Assembly: GCA_036679645.1 (NCBI GenBank)
Contig: JAZDCY010000013.1
Coordinates: 32,001-96,000, forward strand
Length of the DNA stretch: 64,000 nt
Source of the DNA: Gemmatimonadota bacterium
GTDB taxonomy: Bacteria; Gemmatimonadota; Gemmatimonadetes; Gemmatimonadales; GWC2-71-9
Direction of reading: 5' to 3'
In this document: positions 20,525 to 30,213 of the stretch, in pieces
How the letters are laid out: each line of letters begins with the position of its first letter
How positions within the stretch are numbered: the first letter of the stretch is position 1
The notes under the pieces: generated by a model
Databases searched by the model: none
Seen by the model: the letters and a program-made list of their open reading frames with translations, nothing else
What the model was told of the DNA's origin: nothing
Program-made: the position numbers and the translations under genes

Positions 20525-21568
20525 ATGTACTCCACCTGTATCTTTTGTACCCGACCTCTCGGCAGCAACGAGCTCGTCGAGCACTTCCCCGTCGGCCGGC
20601 GTCTCGCGTTCGACCCGGCCAAAGGGCGCCTCTGGGTCGTGTGTAAGAGGTGTGAACGCTGGAATCTCTCGCCGCTGGAGGAGCGGTGGGAGGCATTCGA
20701 GGAGTGTGAGCGCCTCTTCCAAGGCACGCGCATGCGGATGTCGACAGACAACGTCGGGCTCGCGCGTTTCACAGAGGGACTCGAGCTAGTGCGCATCGGC
20801 GAACCGCTGCGGCCCGAGTTTGCCGCGTGGCGCTACGGCGATCAGTTCGGACGGCGGCGCAAGCGCGCGATGCTCTGGACCGGGGCGGGGATCGTGGCCT
20901 TTGGCGCCGTGGCTGTGGGCGCGGCCGCAGCAGGGGTCGGCGTGGGGATGATGGGGCAACTGCCGAACATGCTCATCAACATTCCCGTACGGGCCCGGAT
21001 CCGCACGAAAGACGGTCGCGTGTTGAAGCTCCGCAACCAGAACCTCCAGAAGACGAGAATTCTCACCGAGTCGGACGCGGGAGAGTGGGCAATCAAGGTG
21101 AAGCACTCGAAAGGCACCGAGACATTTCATGGTGCGGAGGCACAGCATGTAGCGGGGATCATCCTGCCAAAGCTGAATTACATGGCTGGGTCGAAAAAGG
21201 TCGTGAAGAACGCGGTGGAGCGCATCGAGGCCGCCGGCGATCCGGAAGTGTACCTCGCGGGTCTCACCGACCAGGTACGCCGCATGGGAGAGTATCGGCC
21301 CGGAATACCCGCCGTCTCGAAGAGGAAGGTTGGTCTCGTCAGGTATCTCCCGCGGGACGCGCGGCTGGCCCTCGAGATGGCGCTCCACGAGGAGCAGGAA
21401 CGTCTCGCTCTCGCGGGCGAACTGGTGGAGCTGGAACTCGCGTGGCGCGAGGCCGAGGAGATAGCGAACATCGCCGACAACATGTTCGTGCCCAAGAAAC
21501 ACGAGGAATTCATCGAGCAACACCGAGCGCCCCAGCAGACGGCCACCCCCGAGGGACCGGCGGAGTAG
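20525..21568 (+). CDS. Hypothetical protein with N-terminal Cys4 zinc site and TM hairpin
   Basis: MYSTCIFC...WVVCKRCERWNLSPLEERWE; hydrophobic middle; LALEMALHEE..ER.AL.GEL coiled C-terminus. Confidence 0.8.
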   Translation: MYSTCIFCTRPLGSNELVEHFPVGRRLAFDPAKGRLWVVCKRCERWNLSPLEERWEAFEECERLFQGTRMRMSTDNVGLARFTEGLELVRIGEPLRPEFAAWRYGDQFGRRRKRAMLWTGAGIVAFGAVAVGAAAAGVGVGMMGQLPNMLINIPVRARIRTKDGRVLKLRNQNLQKTRILTESDAGEWAIKVKHSKGTETFHGAEAQHVAGIILPKLNYMAGSKKVVKNAVERIEAAGDPEVYLAGLTDQVRRMGEYRPGIPAVSKRKVGLVRYLPRDARLALEMALHEEQERLALAGELVELELAWREAEEIANIADNMFVPKKHEEFIEQHRAPQQTATPEGPAE

Positions 21569-21770
21569 ACCTTCGCCCCATCGGATTCACGCCGCACCCC
21601 TTGAGATCCCGCCATTCTGTCGCAGATTAGCCACGCTCCGGCCCGGGAGGCCGGGACGCCGGTGTCGAACCGCCGCCCCACCCCTTTCAGACGGTCGCGT
21701 CGGCGTGGGTGCCGGAACGGCCCCGAAGTTGCCCTTTAATACGGGTTACTCGAACACGGAGTTGGAACAG

Positions 21771-22237
21771 GTGGTGGCAGGCGCACCGTTCAACACTCGC
21801 ATCAGAGAATCGGCACTGTTCTTGGCAGCGGTGCTGGTGCTCACTGGTGCCCGGCCGGCAGCGAGCCAGGTGTCGGTCAACGCGACTGCGGGTGCCTCTG
21901 CGAATATCATCGGAGTCGTGCCGTTGGCGGCGACAACCGCCAACGATCTCGCATTCGGCCCCGTCACGGCGGGGACCGACGGCACCGTGGCCAACACCGA
22001 TGGGGCCCGGTTTCAGATCACGGGTGAGCCGGGGTTTCCGCTCAGCGTGACGTTTGCGCTTCCCGCTACGCTTGCGGGTCCTGGCGCGGCCACGATCCCC
22101 ATTGCGTTTGGCAGCACGGATGGATTGCTCTGCTGACAGGGAACCTGGAGATCGGCATCAAGGGCACCGTGTCTCCACTCCTCAGCGTTCCCCCCGGGGC
22201 CTATACCGGCAGCATCACCGTCACGGTGGCGTACTAA
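21771..22237 (+). pseudogene. DUF4402-like secreted fimbrial/spore-coat-U-type protein, frameshifted
   Basis: Signal peptide and NDLAFG motif. After a frameshift near 22132 the sequence continues LTGNLEIGIKGTVSP...PGAYTGSITVTVAY*. Confidence 0.7.
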
Positions 22238-22329
22238 CCGACTGGCATCACCACCGTCAGCGTTTGCATCTGGTCAGCACGCGATGACCAACCCATATTG
22301 GTCCGCTAACTCGCACTCCGACGGTAAAC

Positions 22330-23097
22330 GTGTCGAAGACGATCGGTGACAAGCTGTTGATGATGGCCTCCCTCCTGCTCGTGGCGGGGGCGGTCTTCTA
22401 TCTCGGCTGGTTGGGGCCGCGGCAACGCGCGGAGGCGATCGAGCGACTGCTCGCCGAGGCAGTGACGGCCTACCAGCAACGCGACTGCACGACCGCGGCG
22501 GAGCGGTTCGCCGGTGTGCACCGCCGACTCGGCAACGACACGCTGCCGCCAGAAGAAGCCGCGGTCGAGCAGGTCTGCACCGCGTTCCTGGAAGCGCCGG
22601 TCGGTGGGATCCGCCGGTTCCTCTCACACGCCGTGGCGTTGGTGTGCGCAGGGCGCCCGCTCTCGCTGACCGACGACCTCGGGCACACGTACGGCAGCGA
22701 GTTCTTCGGCATGATCGACACGACCGCCGCGGCAATGTGGGGGGGCGAGCGCATAGACCCGTTCATCCCCGACGAATTCCGTACCGGTAATGTCCGCGAT
22801 TTCCGGTACGCGGTGTGCTCGACCGTACAGGAGACGCGCGAGTTGGAGCGGTGCACGTACACGCTCTACCGCGGAGGCAACCCGACCGACGTCCAGCTCA
22901 TCCGCGCGCAGCAGCTCTGGCGGGTCCGGCTCGTGGATATCACCCGCCGATCGGTGGTGGCAAGACGGAACTTCTGGGCGAGGAATCCCGGTTCGTGCGA
23001 GGAGAACCAATCCCTGTTGAACCGGGGAACCAGCGTGGTGACCGGGAGCGTCGATACGGCGCGTTTCGCCGCGTGGTTACGGGACCGCGTGCCCTAA
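22330..23097 (+). CDS. Hypothetical membrane-anchored Cys-containing protein
   Basis: N-terminal TM, 255 aa, six Cys; no family recognised. Confidence 0.65.
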   Translation: MSKTIGDKLLMMASLLLVAGAVFYLGWLGPRQRAEAIERLLAEAVTAYQQRDCTTAAERFAGVHRRLGNDTLPPEEAAVEQVCTAFLEAPVGGIRRFLSHAVALVCAGRPLSLTDDLGHTYGSEFFGMIDTTAAAMWGGERIDPFIPDEFRTGNVRDFRYAVCSTVQETRELERCTYTLYRGGNPTDVQLIRAQQLWRVRLVDITRRSVVARRNFWARNPGSCEENQSLLNRGTSVVTGSVDTARFAAWLRDRVP

Positions 23098-23166
23098 GGA
23101 CGTTTGGTCACGAAACTCCCGTCAGTGCCCTCCCGTAGGGATCACTGACGCTTCAACGAGAAACCC

Positions 23167-23337
23167 ATGTTCGTCGTACTGAAACGTTTGCTGCAGGCCA
23201 TCTTGAAGATCGGTCTGTACGAATTCCTACGCCGCGTCGGCATGAAAGCGATCCTGCCGCTGATCATGATCGCCGTGGCAGTCGCTCTGATCGTGACCGT
23301 GGTGCTGGTCATGTTGATCGGGATCGTGCTGTTGTGA
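23167..23337 (+). CDS. 56-aa small membrane protein
   Basis: Not in the ORF track: MFVVLKRLLQAILKIGLYEFLRRVGMKAILPLIMIAVAVALIVTVVLVMLIGIVLL*, with GC-rich third positions. Confidence 0.6.
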   Translation: MFVVLKRLLQAILKIGLYEFLRRVGMKAILPLIMIAVAVALIVTVVLVMLIGIVLL

Positions 23338-23382
23338 ACGTCTAGCGTTGAGCGTTCACAGACGACCGCCTAGACGCTAGCG
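23334..23382. terminator. Inverted repeats between convergent genes
   Basis: GTGAACG...CGTTCAC (23334-23359) and CGTCTAG...CTAGACG; no clear U-tract. Confidence 0.3.
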
Positions 23383-24687
23383 CCCACCATCGACCGTCAT
23401 CAGCGTTCGAAGCAGCACGTTCGCACCGGCCGTCACATGCTCGGGCGACGTGTACTCCATTGGGGAGTGGCTGATACCTTCGCGACTCGGCACGAAAACC
23501 ATCCCCACCGGACCAAACTGCGCTACGCTCTGCGCGTCGTGTCCCGCTCCACTCGGCATGCGCAGCGTCGTGAGATCGAGACCGCGCGCTTCGCGCTCGA
23601 TCACGTCGCGCAGCCGGGGCGTCGTGGGTGCGGCGCGACTCGTGTAGTACCGCTCGAAGGCAACGCTCGTATCGGCCGCAGCCGCGAGCGCGATCGCTTC
23701 ACCGCGAATCGCGTCGAACACCACGTCGATTTTCTCCATCTCGAGGTCTCGGATCTCGAGCGTGAAGGTCACACGCCCCGGTATGACGTTCGCCGCACCT
23801 GGCTCCACCTCGAGCCGTCCTACTGTCGCGACCTGTCGACCCGGTGTCGCGCGCGCGATGCGGTAGACGGCGTCGATGATCCGCGCGGCAGCTACCAGGG
23901 CATCACGACGCTGATCCATCGGTGTCGTGCCCGCATGGTTGGCGAGCCCGTCGACCGTCACCGTCCATCGCTTGATGCCCACGATCCCCTGCACGACACC
24001 GATGTCGATGTCTTCCCTCTCGAGGATGGCCCCCTGTTCGATGTGTAGTTCCAGATACGCCGCGATACTTCCCGGCCGGCGCACAACCTCGGCGAGCCGA
24101 GCCGGATCGCCTCCGATGCGGCGCGTGCCGTCAGCGATGGTGAAACCACTCGCGGTGACCACGTCGAGTTCAACGAGTTCGACTTCGCCGGATAGTGCTC
24201 GGCTGCCCGTCTTGCCACCTTCCTCGTTCGACCAAATCACGAACTCGAGCGGATGCCGCGTGCGGTGATCGGAATCGCTGAATGTCATCGCGATCTCGAG
24301 AGCGGCCATGGACCCCACCTGCCCATCGTAGTTGCCTCCCGACGGGACGGAATCGATGTGCGAGCCCAGCATCAGAGGTGGGAGAGTCGCGTCGTTGCCC
24401 GGGCGGCGACCGATGAGGTTGCCCGCGTAATCGACGGTGACATCCAATCCGGCTTCGCGCATGCGTGCTGTCACCCAGTCGCGGGCGGCCAGGTCGTCGT
24501 CACTGTAAGCTACTCGGCTGGTGCCTCCCTCAGACGTGCCGCCGAAACGAGCCAACTCGGTAAGCCGCCGGTTGAGGCGCACCCCGTCCACGAGCATGGA
24601 GCCCACTCGATCTCGCAACCGCCACCTGACCCCGAAGGCTCCGATGACCACGGTTCCGCCAAGACGTGAGAAGTCTCTCCGGTTCAC
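23377..24687 (-). CDS. Zn-dependent M20 hydrolase (N-carbamoyl-L-amino acid / allantoate amidohydrolase family)
   Basis: GSHIDSVPSGGNYDG, NEEG, ELHIEQG, NHAGTTPM, SGAGHDA, SHSP; Tat-like NRRDF N-terminus. Confidence 0.92.
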   Translation of the reverse strand: MNRRDFSRLGGTVVIGAFGVRWRLRDRVGSMLVDGVRLNRRLTELARFGGTSEGGTSRVAYSDDDLAARDWVTARMREAGLDVTVDYAGNLIGRRPGNDATLPPLMLGSHIDSVPSGGNYDGQVGSMAALEIAMTFSDSDHRTRHPLEFVIWSNEEGGKTGSRALSGEVELVELDVVTASGFTIADGTRRIGGDPARLAEVVRRPGSIAAYLELHIEQGAILEREDIDIGVVQGIVGIKRWTVTVDGLANHAGTTPMDQRRDALVAAARIIDAVYRIARATPGRQVATVGRLEVEPGAANVIPGRVTFTLEIRDLEMEKIDVVFDAIRGEAIALAAAADTSVAFERYYTSRAAPTTPRLRDVIEREARGLDLTTLRMPSGAGHDAQSVAQFGPVGMVFVPSREGISHSPMEYTSPEHVTAGANVLLRTLMTVDGGR

Positions 24688-24718
24688 GAGCCGAACGGCA
24701 TGGCGTATCCCAAGCCTC

Positions 24719-25957
24719 TCACGATCGCAGACCGACGGTTGCGTCAGGGGGCCGCGACCGGCCGAGCAATACCGCAACGGTCATGTCCGCCGTAACGTTC
24801 GCGGTCGTAATGAACATGTCGGGAATCAGGTCGAGGGCGATGAGCAGGCCGATCCCCTCGACCGGGAGGTTCAGGGCCACGTAAATTGGCGTCATGATGA
24901 ACAGACCGCCACTTGGAACGCCCGGCGAATAGAAGCTGAGCGCGGCAATCGCAGCGGTGATGGCGGCAATTTCCGCGGGACCGAGGTCGATGCCGTACAA
25001 CCGTGCGATGAAGAACGTGCCCGTCATCCGGCCAATGGGCGAAGCGAACTTGAACAGCGAAGCGGCCACGGGGATCACGATCCCGCTCACGTGCGGGGCG
25101 AGCCGGAGATCGCGCTCCACCCCATCCAACATCGCCGGGAGGGAGGCCAACGACGACCTGGTGCTGAAGGCCACCGCCTGCGCCGGAGCGCACGCGCGCG
25201 CGAACTGCCGCAGGGGAACCCCGCCGCCCACCACCGCGATCGGATAGAGAGCCGCGAGCCCAAGCGAGACCAGACCACAGACGACCAGCAGGAAGACACC
25301 CAGGGCACCCACCAGTTCCGCGCCCGTGCGAGCCGCCAGCGGCAACACCAGGAAGAACACACCCACCGGTGCCACGAACAGAATCCATTCGACGATGACG
25401 ATCATGGCCCGCGAAACGGCGTCGAAGAAACTCACCAACGGCCGTCGGTGCGCGGCATCCAGCCGCGTGACGGCTAGCGCCAGGGCGGACGTGAACACGA
25501 TCAGCGGTAGCAAAGCGCCATCCGCCGCCGCTTTCACCGGGTTGGCGGGAATCAAGTTCACGATCCAGTCCCGGAAAGGTGGCAGTTCCACCTGCGCGCT
25601 GGGTGCCGCGTCCCGGAGGTGGGCGAACGCCTCCGCATCGAAATGCGCCAGCCCGAGCAGAGGCGGTGCAACCAGTGCGGTGATCAGGGCCCCACCGGCA
25701 ACGAGCATCCCGAACAGCGCGAGTGCCCGGCCGCCGATACGCCCCCCCCGGCCGGCCGAACTGGAGGCGATCGCGGTGATGAGCAATGAGACGACGAGGG
25801 GAATCACCGTCATGCGGATTGCATTGACCCACAGCGCACCGATGGGCTCGACCGTCGACACTACCCGGAGCAGCGTCGGGCTCTTCGCCCACGACACGGC
25901 CACGCCGGCAATGAGACCGGCGACCAACGCGGCGAGGACTCGGGACGTTTTCGACAT
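24719..25957 (-). CDS. Dicarboxylate/amino acid:cation symporter (DAACS)
   Basis: IPANPV, FSTRSSLASLP, D.IPDMFIT.ANV.AD. Confidence 0.92.
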   Translation of the reverse strand: MSKTSRVLAALVAGLIAGVAVSWAKSPTLLRVVSTVEPIGALWVNAIRMTVIPLVVSLLITAIASSSAGRGGRIGGRALALFGMLVAGGALITALVAPPLLGLAHFDAEAFAHLRDAAPSAQVELPPFRDWIVNLIPANPVKAAADGALLPLIVFTSALALAVTRLDAAHRRPLVSFFDAVSRAMIVIVEWILFVAPVGVFFLVLPLAARTGAELVGALGVFLLVVCGLVSLGLAALYPIAVVGGGVPLRQFARACAPAQAVAFSTRSSLASLPAMLDGVERDLRLAPHVSGIVIPVAASLFKFASPIGRMTGTFFIARLYGIDLGPAEIAAITAAIAALSFYSPGVPSGGLFIMTPIYVALNLPVEGIGLLIALDLIPDMFITTANVTADMTVAVLLGRSRPPDATVGLRS

Positions 25958-26073
25958 GATGGGCGAGCGAGACCAAATGTGCGCTCAGTGTCCGCGGACC
26001 GTCAACGTTCCCCTGGCAGGGGCCCGTGCGCACCCGTACTCTTCCCTGGATACGCAGCCGAGGAGGTTGGAGT

Positions 26074-28899
26074 ATGCTTGCTGTTCGTCCAGCACGTGGA
26101 ACGATAGTCGTCGCAGCGGCCCTGATCGCGATGGTCCCGGTAGGACGCGGTGTATCTACGTCCCTGTCCGCGCAGGAGCGACCCGGTCAGAACCATTACG
26201 CCATCGAGAACGCGCGACTCGTTACCGTTTCCGGCCGGGTCATAGACCGCGGCACGATCGTGATCGAGCGCGGGATCATTACCGCCATCGGGACCCGCGT
26301 CGAGGTACCCGCGGGTGCCTGGGTGATCGACGGTTCAGGCCTCACCGTGTATCCGGGGCTCATCGATGCGATGACGACGTTGGGCCTGTCGCGACCGCCC
26401 AGCGCACGGGCGCCTGCGCAACCACGCCAGGGTGCCGCGCGGCCGGGGGGCGGGGGCGGGAGCGCCGGACAGTCACCCAGCACTCCATACTCCCGCGACC
26501 CCGCGGATCGGCCGGCCACCTACACTTGGGTCAGTGCAGCCGATCAGCTCCAGCCAGACGACGACCAGCTAGCGCGCTGGCGCGCTGCCGGGTTCACGAG
26601 CGCAGTCGTCGTGCCCGACCGAGGGTTTTTCCCGGGCCATGCCGCGCTGATCGATCTGGCAGGCGAGCGTCCCAACGACATGGTCGTGGCCACACCGGTG
26701 GCGCTGCGGGTGAACCTGCGGGGTGGTCAGGGCCATCGGGGCTATCCGTCCTCATTGATGGGTGCGTTCGCGTACATCAAACAGCTCTTTCTCGACGCAG
26801 ACCACTACGCCACCGCATGGGACATGTACGGCCGTAACCCGCGCGGACTCGAGCGGCCGCACTACGACCGCGCCCTGGCGCCTCTCGCGGCAGTGCGTGC
26901 AGGTGCTGAACCGCTCCTGTTCCCGGCCTCTTCCCTGGCCGAAATCCACCGGGCGCTCAACACGTCTGACGAGATCGGGGCACGACCCATTCTCTACGGC
27001 CTGCACGGCGGGTATCAGGCCGCCGCGCTACTCGCGGAGCGGAATGTCCCGGTCCTCGTGAGCCTGGATTGGCCCAAGGCGCCGCGAGATGGAGACCCGG
27101 AAGCGGAGACCTCGCTCGACGATCTCAGGCTCCGATTGCTCGCGCCGACCACGCCGGCGGCACTCCATGACGCAGGTGTCGCGTTCGCGTTCTACTCCGA
27201 CAGCATCGACGATCCGTCGGACGTGATCGCCGGCGCGCGCATGGCGGTGGAAGCGGGGCTCGACCATGATCTCGCGGTGCGCGCCATGACGCTTTCCGCC
27301 GCCGAGTTGTTTGGTGTGGCCGATCGAACAGGGAGCCTCGAGGAAGGCAAGCTCGCGAACCTCGTGGTGACCGACGGTGATCTGCTGGCCGAGAGTACCA
27401 AGGTACGCATCGTATTCGTGGACGGACGCCGATTCGAGCCCGATACCAATGCCGCTGGACCCGACCGCATGGCGCGCGGCGGTGCCGCCAGCTCACCGCG
27501 ACGCGGACGGCGCGCCCCCGCCCCTGCCCCCGCCCCGGACGGGGCCGGAGCGGACCGGGATTCCACGGCAGCATCGCGGCCGTCGGACTCGGAGTTGCGG
27601 TCGCGCATCGGCCCCTCATATCGTGGCCCGTACCGCGACGATCGCGTAACCGTTATCCAACATGCGACTATTCTTACCGTCACGAACGGAACGATCGAGA
27701 ACGGATCGATACTGATTCGCGATGGCCGGATTGCGGATGTCGGTGCAGACATCTCGATCCCACGCGGCGCTCACGTGATAGATGCTTCCGGTCAGTATGT
27801 GATGCCCGGCATCGTCGACGCCCATTCGCATATCGCCGGGGGAAGCAACGAAGGCAGCGTGTCCGTCTCGGCGATGGTCGGCATTCGTGACGTCATCAAC
27901 CCCGACGACATCAACATCTACCGGGCACTTGCGGGCGGTGTCACCACGGTGAACGTGCTGCACGGTAGTGCGAATCCGATCGGCGGGCAAAACGTCGTGC
28001 TCAAGCTGCGCTGGGGCGCCGATGCCAGTGGGCTGGTCCTCGACGGAGCGGCACCGGGCATCAAGTTCGCCCTGGGCGAGAATCCCAAGCGCGACCGGAA
28101 CCCCGACCGCTACCCCGCCACCCGCATGGGCGTGATGGACGTGATCCGCAGCGCGTTCGTCGAGGCGCGGGAGTACCAGGCCACCTGGGATCGGTACCGT
28201 GATAACGGAGAGCGCGGCATCCCGCCCCGGCGCGACCTCAAGCTCGAGGCATTGGCTGAGATCCTGCGAGGCGAGCGGCTGGTGCACGCCCACTCGTATC
28301 GTGCCGACGAGATTCTGCAACTCATGCGCCTGGCCGAGGAGTTTGGCGTCCGTATCGCGACGTTCCAACACGTGCTCGAGGGATACAAGGTGGCCGATGA
28401 GCTCGCCGCACACGGAGCCGGCGCTTCCACTTTCTCGGATTGGTGGGCCTACAAGATCGAGGCGTACGACGCCATTCCATATAACGCGGCTCTCATGACC
28501 GAGCGGGGCGTCACGGTCTCGATCAACTCGGACAGCCCGGAAGAGATGCGGCATCTGAACGAGGAAGCGGCCAAGAGCGTCAAGTGGGGTGGTCTCTCTG
28601 AGGCCCAGGCCCTGTCACTCATCACGATCAACCCGGCTCGCCAGCTTGGCGTTGACGATCGCATCGGGTCGATCGAGGTCGGAAAAGACGCGGACCTCGT
28701 CATTTACGATCGGCACCCGTTCGACACATTTGCTGTCGTGCAGAAGACGTTCGTCGACGGCAAGATATACTTCGACATAGACGGAGACCGCGAGCGCCAG
28801 CGCGCCATCGAAGAGGAAAAGGACACGCTCACCGAGGGCCGGCATCCGCAGGAGCCCCCTGTGACCACCGATGCAGCGGCCCCGGAGGTGATCAAGTGA
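26074..28899 (+). CDS. Secreted amidohydrolase with two amidohydrolase domains
   Basis: Domain 1 PGLIDAMTT...GSLEEGKLAN; Pro/Ala/Arg linker; domain 2 PGIVDAHSH, KFALGENPK, HSY, FQH, INSD. Confidence 0.9.
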   Translation: MLAVRPARGTIVVAAALIAMVPVGRGVSTSLSAQERPGQNHYAIENARLVTVSGRVIDRGTIVIERGIITAIGTRVEVPAGAWVIDGSGLTVYPGLIDAMTTLGLSRPPSARAPAQPRQGAARPGGGGGSAGQSPSTPYSRDPADRPATYTWVSAADQLQPDDDQLARWRAAGFTSAVVVPDRGFFPGHAALIDLAGERPNDMVVATPVALRVNLRGGQGHRGYPSSLMGAFAYIKQLFLDADHYATAWDMYGRNPRGLERPHYDRALAPLAAVRAGAEPLLFPASSLAEIHRALNTSDEIGARPILYGLHGGYQAAALLAERNVPVLVSLDWPKAPRDGDPEAETSLDDLRLRLLAPTTPAALHDAGVAFAFYSDSIDDPSDVIAGARMAVEAGLDHDLAVRAMTLSAAELFGVADRTGSLEEGKLANLVVTDGDLLAESTKVRIVFVDGRRFEPDTNAAGPDRMARGGAASSPRRGRRAPAPAPAPDGAGADRDSTAASRPSDSELRSRIGPSYRGPYRDDRVTVIQHATILTVTNGTIENGSILIRDGRIADVGADISIPRGAHVIDASGQYVMPGIVDAHSHIAGGSNEGSVSVSAMVGIRDVINPDDINIYRALAGGVTTVNVLHGSANPIGGQNVVLKLRWGADASGLVLDGAAPGIKFALGENPKRDRNPDRYPATRMGVMDVIRSAFVEAREYQATWDRYRDNGERGIPPRRDLKLEALAEILRGERLVHAHSYRADEILQLMRLAEEFGVRIATFQHVLEGYKVADELAAHGAGASTFSDWWAYKIEAYDAIPYNAALMTERGVTVSINSDSPEEMRHLNEEAAKSVKWGGLSEAQALSLITINPARQLGVDDRIGSIEVGKDADLVIYDRHPFDTFAVVQKTFVDGKIYFDIDGDRERQRAIEEEKDTLTEGRHPQEPPVTTDAAAPEVIK

Positions 28900-30206
28900 G
28901 CGCACGCACAATGATGTCAACCTGGACGCTGCTCGGTCTGCTCGTTGCCACGTCCGTACCGGCCAGAGCGCAGGATAACGAGACCTACGCCATCCAAGGT
29001 GGGACCGTGCATACCCTCGTGGGTGACCCAATCGAGAACGGTACGGTGATCGTCACCGCTGGCCGGATCACGGCTGTCGGACCCGACATACAAATCCCAT
29101 CCGGCGCCACCGTGATCGACGCGTCGGGCCGGCATGTTTATCCCGGGCTTTTCAACGCGTTCAGCCAGCTCGGCTTGCAGGAGATCAACGCCGTCGACGT
29201 CACCAACGACATGCGCGAGTTGGGGAGCTTCAACCCGCAACTCACGGCCGCTACCGCCATCCACCCGGCGAGCGAGCGGATTCCGGTCACGCGCGCAAAC
29301 GGGATTACGCACGTCGTATCCGCGCCCTCCACAGGCGCCGGTGGTATCGCGGGCCGTGCATCTGCCATTCACCTCGACGGCTGGACGATCGAAGACATGC
29401 TCATCGAGCCGGCCGTTGGCCTCGTGATCAACTGGCCCTCGATGCAGACTCGCCGGTTCAACCGTCAAACGTTCCGTGTCGAGAACCGTTCTTTCCGGGA
29501 GGTCCGGGAACAGTACGAGGAGGCGGTATCACAACTCGCCGATTGGCTCGAGGACGCCCGCGTCTACCGCCATGCGATGGAAGGTGGTGGAACTCCAGCG
29601 CGCGACCTGAAACTCGAGGCGTTGAGCACGGTCCTCACCGGAGCACTCCCGGTACTCGTCCTCGCCGACGAAGCGCGGGACATTCGTAACGCCGTGGCCT
29701 TCGCGGAGACAAACGGGCTGCGCATGATACTCGTGGGCGGCCGGGACGCCTGGAAAGAGACGGCGCTTCTCGTGGAGCACGACGTGCCCGTGCTCCTGCG
29801 GGCGACACAGAACCTGCCGCCTCAGCGAGACGACCCGTATTCTCGCGCGTTCAGCACACCGGCCTTGCTTTCGCAGGCGGGCGTCCGCTACGCGATCACC
29901 GGCTGGGCATCGTCGGGACCCAACCCGCCCTCGCGGACGCTGCCGTACGAGGCTGCCAACGCAGTGAAGTTTGGTCTGTCCGCGGACGAAGCACTGAGAG
30001 CGATCACACGCTATCCTGCCGAGATTCTCGGACTCGGAGACGACCTCGGTACGATTCAGGATGGCAAGATCGGCAATCTCATTGTGACCGACGGAGACCC
30101 ACTCCAGATCCGCACGCAGATCCTCCACGTGTTCGTCAACGGGCGACCTGTGGATCTGGACAACAAGCACCGAGCGCTCTACGAGCGCTACCGCGCAAGA
30201 GACTAG
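28896..30206 (+). CDS. Amidohydrolase-family protein lacking the HxH motif
   Basis: GTGA overlap; PGLFNAFSQLG; GTIQDGKIGNLIV. Confidence 0.88.
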   Translation: MSARTMMSTWTLLGLLVATSVPARAQDNETYAIQGGTVHTLVGDPIENGTVIVTAGRITAVGPDIQIPSGATVIDASGRHVYPGLFNAFSQLGLQEINAVDVTNDMRELGSFNPQLTAATAIHPASERIPVTRANGITHVVSAPSTGAGGIAGRASAIHLDGWTIEDMLIEPAVGLVINWPSMQTRRFNRQTFRVENRSFREVREQYEEAVSQLADWLEDARVYRHAMEGGGTPARDLKLEALSTVLTGALPVLVLADEARDIRNAVAFAETNGLRMILVGGRDAWKETALLVEHDVPVLLRATQNLPPQRDDPYSRAFSTPALLSQAGVRYAITGWASSGPNPPSRTLPYEAANAVKFGLSADEALRAITRYPAEILGLGDDLGTIQDGKIGNLIVTDGDPLQIRTQILHVFVNGRPVDLDNKHRALYERYRARD

Positions 30207-30213
30207 TCGCTTC

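Noticed and set aside
21630..21720. c-di-GMP-I riboswitch upstream of DUF4402 (hairpin CCGGCC/GGCCGG then GACGC)
   Set aside because: Lacks the GCAAA elements and a recognisable P3 stem; too degenerate to call without cmscan.
24521..26837. Long antisense or overlapping ORFs (e.g. 25326..26837; also 5852..7297, 29529..30869)
   Set aside because: Shadow ORFs typical of high-GC DNA, opposite well-supported genes and without motifs.
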